In this document: positions 63,095 through 64,000 of the stretch, one piece after another
How the letters are laid out: each line of letters begins with the position of its first letter
Numbering within the stretch: the stretch's first letter is position 1
Origin: Verrucomicrobiota bacterium
GTDB taxonomy: Bacteria > Verrucomicrobiota > Verrucomicrobiia > Limisphaerales > UBA8199
NCBI GenBank assembly: GCA_049518415.1
Contig: JBEKRX010000031.1
Coordinates: 2,359 to 66,358 of the forward strand
Direction: 5' to 3'
Length of the DNA stretch: 64,000 nucleotides
Translations under genes and position numbers: made by a program
Notes under the pieces: model-generated
Told to the model about the DNA's origin: nothing
Seen by the model: the letters and a program-made list of their open reading frames with translations, nothing else
The model's database searches: none

Positions 63095-63400
63095 CCAGGC
63101 CCTTACTGCTTTTCCGAGTTCGCCGCCCAGGGGGAAATCGCCTACTTGGAATTCAATGCAGAGCGAATGCAGTATGGCACGTTTCGAAAGCAAGGGTATT
63201 CCATTGGCTCGGCAGTCACTCGGGCCGGCTGCAAGTCGGTGGTCGGGCAGCGCTGCAAACTCTCGGGGATGCACTGGTCAGTCGCCGGCGTGGACAATGT
63301 CCTGGACTTGCGCTGTTTGCTGGCCAGTGGCGGTGTGTGGGACCAGTTCTGGAAAAACCGCCAAGAACAAAAACGGGCGCGCTTGGCTATCGCCGCCTGA
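63095..63400 (+). pseudogene. Orphan C-terminal transposase fragment (ISKra4-like, assigned from memory)
   Basis: ...RMQYGTFRKQGYSIGSAVTRAGCKSVVGQRCKLSGMHWSVAGVDNVLDLRCLLASGGVWDQFW matches the conserved C-terminal block (IGSG...K...R.K.SGM.WS...LR....G.WD.FW). There is no catalytic region upstream. Confidence 0.4.
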
Positions 63401-63473
63401 TCTTAACAATTTGGTCGCTCACCCCTTGGCTTTCCGCTGCCGATTTTTGGGCTTGCCGGGGCGAAGGAAAAGA

Positions 63474-63507
63474 GTGAATTTCACGCACCTTGCGTGAAAT
63501 TCACGCA
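63474..63507. repeat. Inverted repeat gtgaatttcacgca-cct-tgcgtgaaattcac (related GTGAA(A/T)TTCAC core)
   Basis: 14-bp perfect arms. ~75 nt after the transposase relic and ~200 nt before ATG 63698. Confidence 0.75.
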
Positions 63508-63697
63508 AGCTGGGGAGGGAAAGTTCGGAACCTGAACGAATGTCGTGCACATCTTTCACTCGTGGTCCGATGGCATCGCTCATGCTGGGCAATAGTCAGA
63601 ACAGCAATAGTCGGTTAGGAAAGGGTATGAGACAATTGTTCTCCCAAGAGGTCAGTTAACTGCTGGTGGTTAGTTGGGAAAAATCCGGAGCCTCAGA

Positions 63698-64000
63698 ATG
63701 ACGGTCATGAGTAGCGTTGACCAAGGTGTGATGCCAAATGTTCTTGAGCGCGTTGAATTCCGTGGAGCAAGCTGGCAAGGGCCCGTCCTGAGCGCGCTGG
63801 CCGCAGTGCTCGGCCTGCTTTGGGCGGCCGATAGGTCGTGCGCGCAGAACCTGGCGCGGACCAAGGCGCCCAACGCGGATTGGTCTTGCTTGGCGTGCTC
63901 GGGCGACGGGAGGGTGATTGTGGCCGCCGCTTGCGGCTCGGGCTGGTACGAGACCAGCCTGGTTTACGTTTCGACCAACTCGGGGGCCGCGTGGAGTGCC
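63698..64000 (+). CDS. Secreted BNR/sortilin-like repeat protein; 3' end beyond window
   Basis: Not in the ORF track. ATG 63698 opens 101 stop-free codons to the window end. Signal-like VLSALAAVLGLLWAA. SGDGRVIVAAACGSGWYETSLVYVSTNSGAAWSA resembles the S.DG..I......IY.S.DSG.TW repeat. Confidence 0.5.
   Translation, partial: MTVMSSVDQGVMPNVLERVEFRGASWQGPVLSALAAVLGLLWAADRSCAQNLARTKAPNADWSCLACSGDGRVIVAAACGSGWYETSLVYVSTNSGAAWSA

Noticed and set aside
1-64000. tRNA, rRNA, tmRNA or an intact IS or prophage
   Set aside because: A scan by eye found no T-loop-type GGTTCGAATCC/GGTTCAAATCC contexts, no rRNA-like conserved blocks, no integrase or recombinase, and no full transposase. Absence was judged by eye only and should be confirmed with tRNAscan-SE, Infernal and ISfinder.

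Overview
This is a high-GC bacterial chromosome segment. The gene content suggests a Verrucomicrobiota- or Planctomycetota-like organism: giant LTD/CotH and PA14 surface proteins, a Tat-signal Gfo/Idh/MocA oxidoreductase, a HEAT-repeat protein, and an exosortase with PEP-CTERM proteins. That taxonomic call is inference only. Layout: (i) 1-16.4 kb, minus strand: an MFS sugar porter cut by the window edge, a GH9 glycosidase, a 2518-aa LTD/CotH protein and a ~1530-aa PA14/Ig protein. (ii) 16.6-20.7 kb: an SGNH-like/TPR protein, a TPR protein and an orphan receiver. (iii) 21.8-50.7 kb: one co-directional plus-strand Wzx/Wzy-type exopolysaccharide locus. It holds an AraC regulator, priming phosphotransferase, OM barrel, Wza-like exporter, Wzc-like tyrosine kinase, Wzy-like polymerase, Wzx-like flippase, six glycosyltransferases, four SAM methyltransferases, an acetyltransferase and a beta-helix protein, and ends in an exosortase-EpsI fusion and a TPR protein. 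(iv) 51.5-54.3 kb: three small PEP-CTERM proteins. (v) 55-64 kb: an FN3/MBG/Ig protein, a DUF4184 protein, a truncated gene, a Tat oxidoreductase, a HEAT protein, a transposase relic and a partial BNR-like protein. The most unusual signals are non-genic. A ~40-nt element is conserved ~140-155 nt upstream of each PEP-CTERM gene. A four-helix-bundle (23S-IVS/Avd-type) gene sits inside heptamer-repeat stems between wzc and wzy. There are two families of structured repeats (9-mer palindromic elements and 7-mer arrays) at intercistronic junctions. A 29-nt repeat with a GTGAAATTTCAC palindrome occurs at two sites. No rRNA, tRNA, CRISPR array, intact IS or prophage was seen. Two edge-truncated genes are absent from the ORF track and were read directly from the sequence. 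Many long ORFs in the track are antisense shadows typical of high-GC DNA.
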